The position numbers and the translations under genes are program-made. Positions 61,610-64,000 of a stretch of 64,000 nt of DNA are shown in pieces. Position 1 is the first letter of the stretch. Each line of letters begins with the position of its first letter. Below the pieces are notes generated by a model. The model did not search any database. It was not told where the DNA came from and saw only the letters and a list, made by a program, of their open reading frames with translations. The DNA is from Somniosus microcephalus (taxonomy: Eukaryota), in NCBI GenBank assembly GCA_052327205.1, contig CM126208.1:71362001-71426000 (forward strand), read 5' to 3'.

Positions 61610-61713
61610 CTAGGTAGAAGGGGTAGCACTGTGGCTAGCCATCACACAATATGTACGATCAGTGAGCAAACTGTTGCTCTTTCCTTTTACGCCTGTCCCC
61701 ACTGTGTTTTATA

Positions 61714-62150
61714 CATAAGAACATAACATAATAGGAGCAGGAGTAGGCCATTTGGCCCTTCGAGCCTGCTCCGCCATTCAGTAAGATCATGGCTGATCTT
61801 CTACCTCATCTCCACTTTCCTGCACTATCCCCATATCCCTTGATTCCCTTAATATTCAAAAATCTATCGATCTCTGTCTTGAATATACTCAATGACTGAG
61901 CCTCCACGGCCCTCTGGGGTAGAGAATTCCAAAGATTCACCACCCTCTGGGTGAAGAAATTTCTCCTCATCTCAGTCCTAAATGGCCGACCCCTTATTCT
62001 GAGACTGTGACCCCTGGTTCTAGACTCCCCAGCCAGGGGAAACATCCTCCCTGCATCTACGCTGTCAAGCCCTGTAAGAATTTAGTATGTTTCAATGAGA
62101 TCACCTCTCATTCTTCTAAACGCTAGAGAATATAGACCTAGTCTGCTCAA
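61714..62150 (-). mobile_element. CR1 3' fragment nearly identical to 54481-54915
   Basis: FPLAGESRTRGHSLRIRGRPFRTEMRRNFFTQRVVNLWNSLP plus tail. Confidence 0.95.
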
Positions 62151-64000
62151 TTACACCATTAACCAGTAACCAAACATGACAGGAATCAAGTTTAAAACAC
62201 TATTTTCAACAGTTACAGACTGAAGACAAGAAATTCTAGGGTAACCTGCAGATACTAGTACCAAGATTCTTTTGTGCCCAACATCAACAGCATTAACTCG
62301 CTGCTGGTTCAGTGAGATCATGGGTATCCAAATTTCCATGGAGCAGCTCTGCAGAAGATGATCATTCTAGAATGGCAGAATATGGCTCATGCCTCTTGCA
62401 CACAATACTGCAATATAGTTGGAAATATACAAGCAGACGAATATTTTGCATCACAAGCTCTCCAACAGCAACTCCGCCCCCCCTCCCCCACCAGCCCTTT
62501 ATAGACTGCATTTATATTGGGGGTTTTTAGGGTGTTAGGGCTGGCCACTCGGAACATGAAGGTCTCATGCAGCCAGCAGCAAACCTCAGACTAAACTTGC
62601 TGGATTTGCTGAAGACCGCTGCCAAACAGACACCACCCCCGCTTTTTAAACTGCATTTTCCCAGCAGATAACCTGAGTTAATCATCAATTTTCCACTGCT
62701 GTGCAAGGGTGCAGTAGGTCATATCATGGTTGTGGTAGTGTACTGGCAATCCAGAGCCCTCACATTCAAATCTCAGTCTATTTCTTGAAAATCATTAAAA
62801 TAGTTATTGTCTCGTAATCCTTTGGTTTTATGGAGGAAGAGAGTTGTTCATCGCTCAGCTCTTTTTTTTTAATGATGTTCTTTCCACTGATGGAAGTCCT
62901 AGGCCAGGGAGATAACGAATGATCTCCCTGCTGCCCATGATGGCACCATGACTGAAAGCTATCAGGAAGACATTAAATTCCAATCAAGGCCATCTCCAAT
63001 TAGTCATAAAACACAGCATCAATCTATGTAATATAGGCATTGAAAAAATTTCGGAAAAAACATCTTTCTGGAAATGCTTTGGAGGACTTATACGGAGTCC
63101 CAGTAATAAGGGAGCACAATATAAATGACAAATGTATTCTGGGCAATAACGGGACTGATTGACATTTCAGCTCTATAATGCTATATTCAGTTGAAGTTTA
63201 AGAAAAGTAATTCTCAAGGGTAAAGGAGGGAGTCCAGCTGTGAAGGATGAATAGGGGAGACATTAAATAAATATTTAGTATTATACTTGTCATGCCTCTG
63301 CCTGACAAAATTATAGAGCTACTAACTACAGATGGAGCATGGGGACAGCATTTAGCGAAGAACACTACAGAACTGGATGAAACTGTGCAATTCTCAATTG
63401 CCCACTTACTCAAATATCAATCCATTTCACCCATAAATACTGTCGACCTCCACTGCTTCCTTCTGCACATGGTGGTTACATTTTAAATGCCTCTTTTTGG
63501 CTTCAACCCATCTCTCCTGCTTAGGAGAGCAAGGCAGTAGAACTTCGTTTCAATCACAAAGGAGTTGGCACTAATGTAATATGCCAATTGACATCCTCCT
63601 GTGCTGTAAACATCTATGGTTCTTGAGTTTGTGACAATGTAAACATATTTTTGGGGTTCAGTGTAGTTCCTGAAGAATCTTAATATGTCCCAAGAGCCTT
63701 CCTTTCTCTAGAGTAGACAATTCCAGGTTCTTCAACTCTCTTCACAGCTCAGATGCCTCAGTTGGGGCTACGAGTGATCTCAGCAGCCAAGGCAAGGGAG
63801 AGGAAAATAAAATCAGCCTCTCCAGAACACGATCCAGGAACTCCAGTATGTGGCTGTCAGGCAACAGATTCAGTCAGTTGTGATGCTCAAATCGCCTAAC
63901 TTAACTATCTCGTCTCACAAAGGAAAAATAACCAATTGAACGTTGTATTGGAGGGCTGCTGGGGCTCACAAAATCATGCTGCAACTAGAGTTAACACCTT

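Noticed and set aside
63405-63490. Minus-strand exon ending in GTAAGT
   Set aside because: The sequence resembles a decayed CR1 3' region, so the donor is probably coincidental.

Overview
Vertebrate, repeat-rich genomic DNA, almost certainly from a cartilaginous fish (shark): it is dominated by CR1-clade LINEs, a second CR1/L2-group LINE family, and SINEs resembling the elasmobranch HE1 and SacSINE1/DeuSINE families. Almost every ORF longer than 100 aa in the supplied track is LINE-derived, antisense to a LINE, or a product of the G-rich minisatellite at 1-640. Host-gene signal is on the minus strand. (A) A first exon/promoter at about 917-1230 whose transcript runs off the left edge. (B) A CpG-island promoter at about 58.3-59.0 kb with candidate exons scattered down to a putative terminal exon at about 5.1-5.7 kb; I cannot identify its product, and it may be partly non-coding or be two units, since there is a possible internal promoter at 18.1-18.4 kb. 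The most notable hidden structure is a set of short Penelope-like retroelement termini carrying minimal type-I hammerhead ribozyme motifs (two families; three have intact cores, all antisense to the host transcript). Other points of interest are a Tc1/mariner-type MITE family carrying paired RFX X-box palindromes, a head-to-head LINE fold-back, a near full-length CR1 with nested insertions, a Rex1/Babar fragment and a microhomology-flanked templated insertion. Family names are from recognition of sequence, not from database searches.
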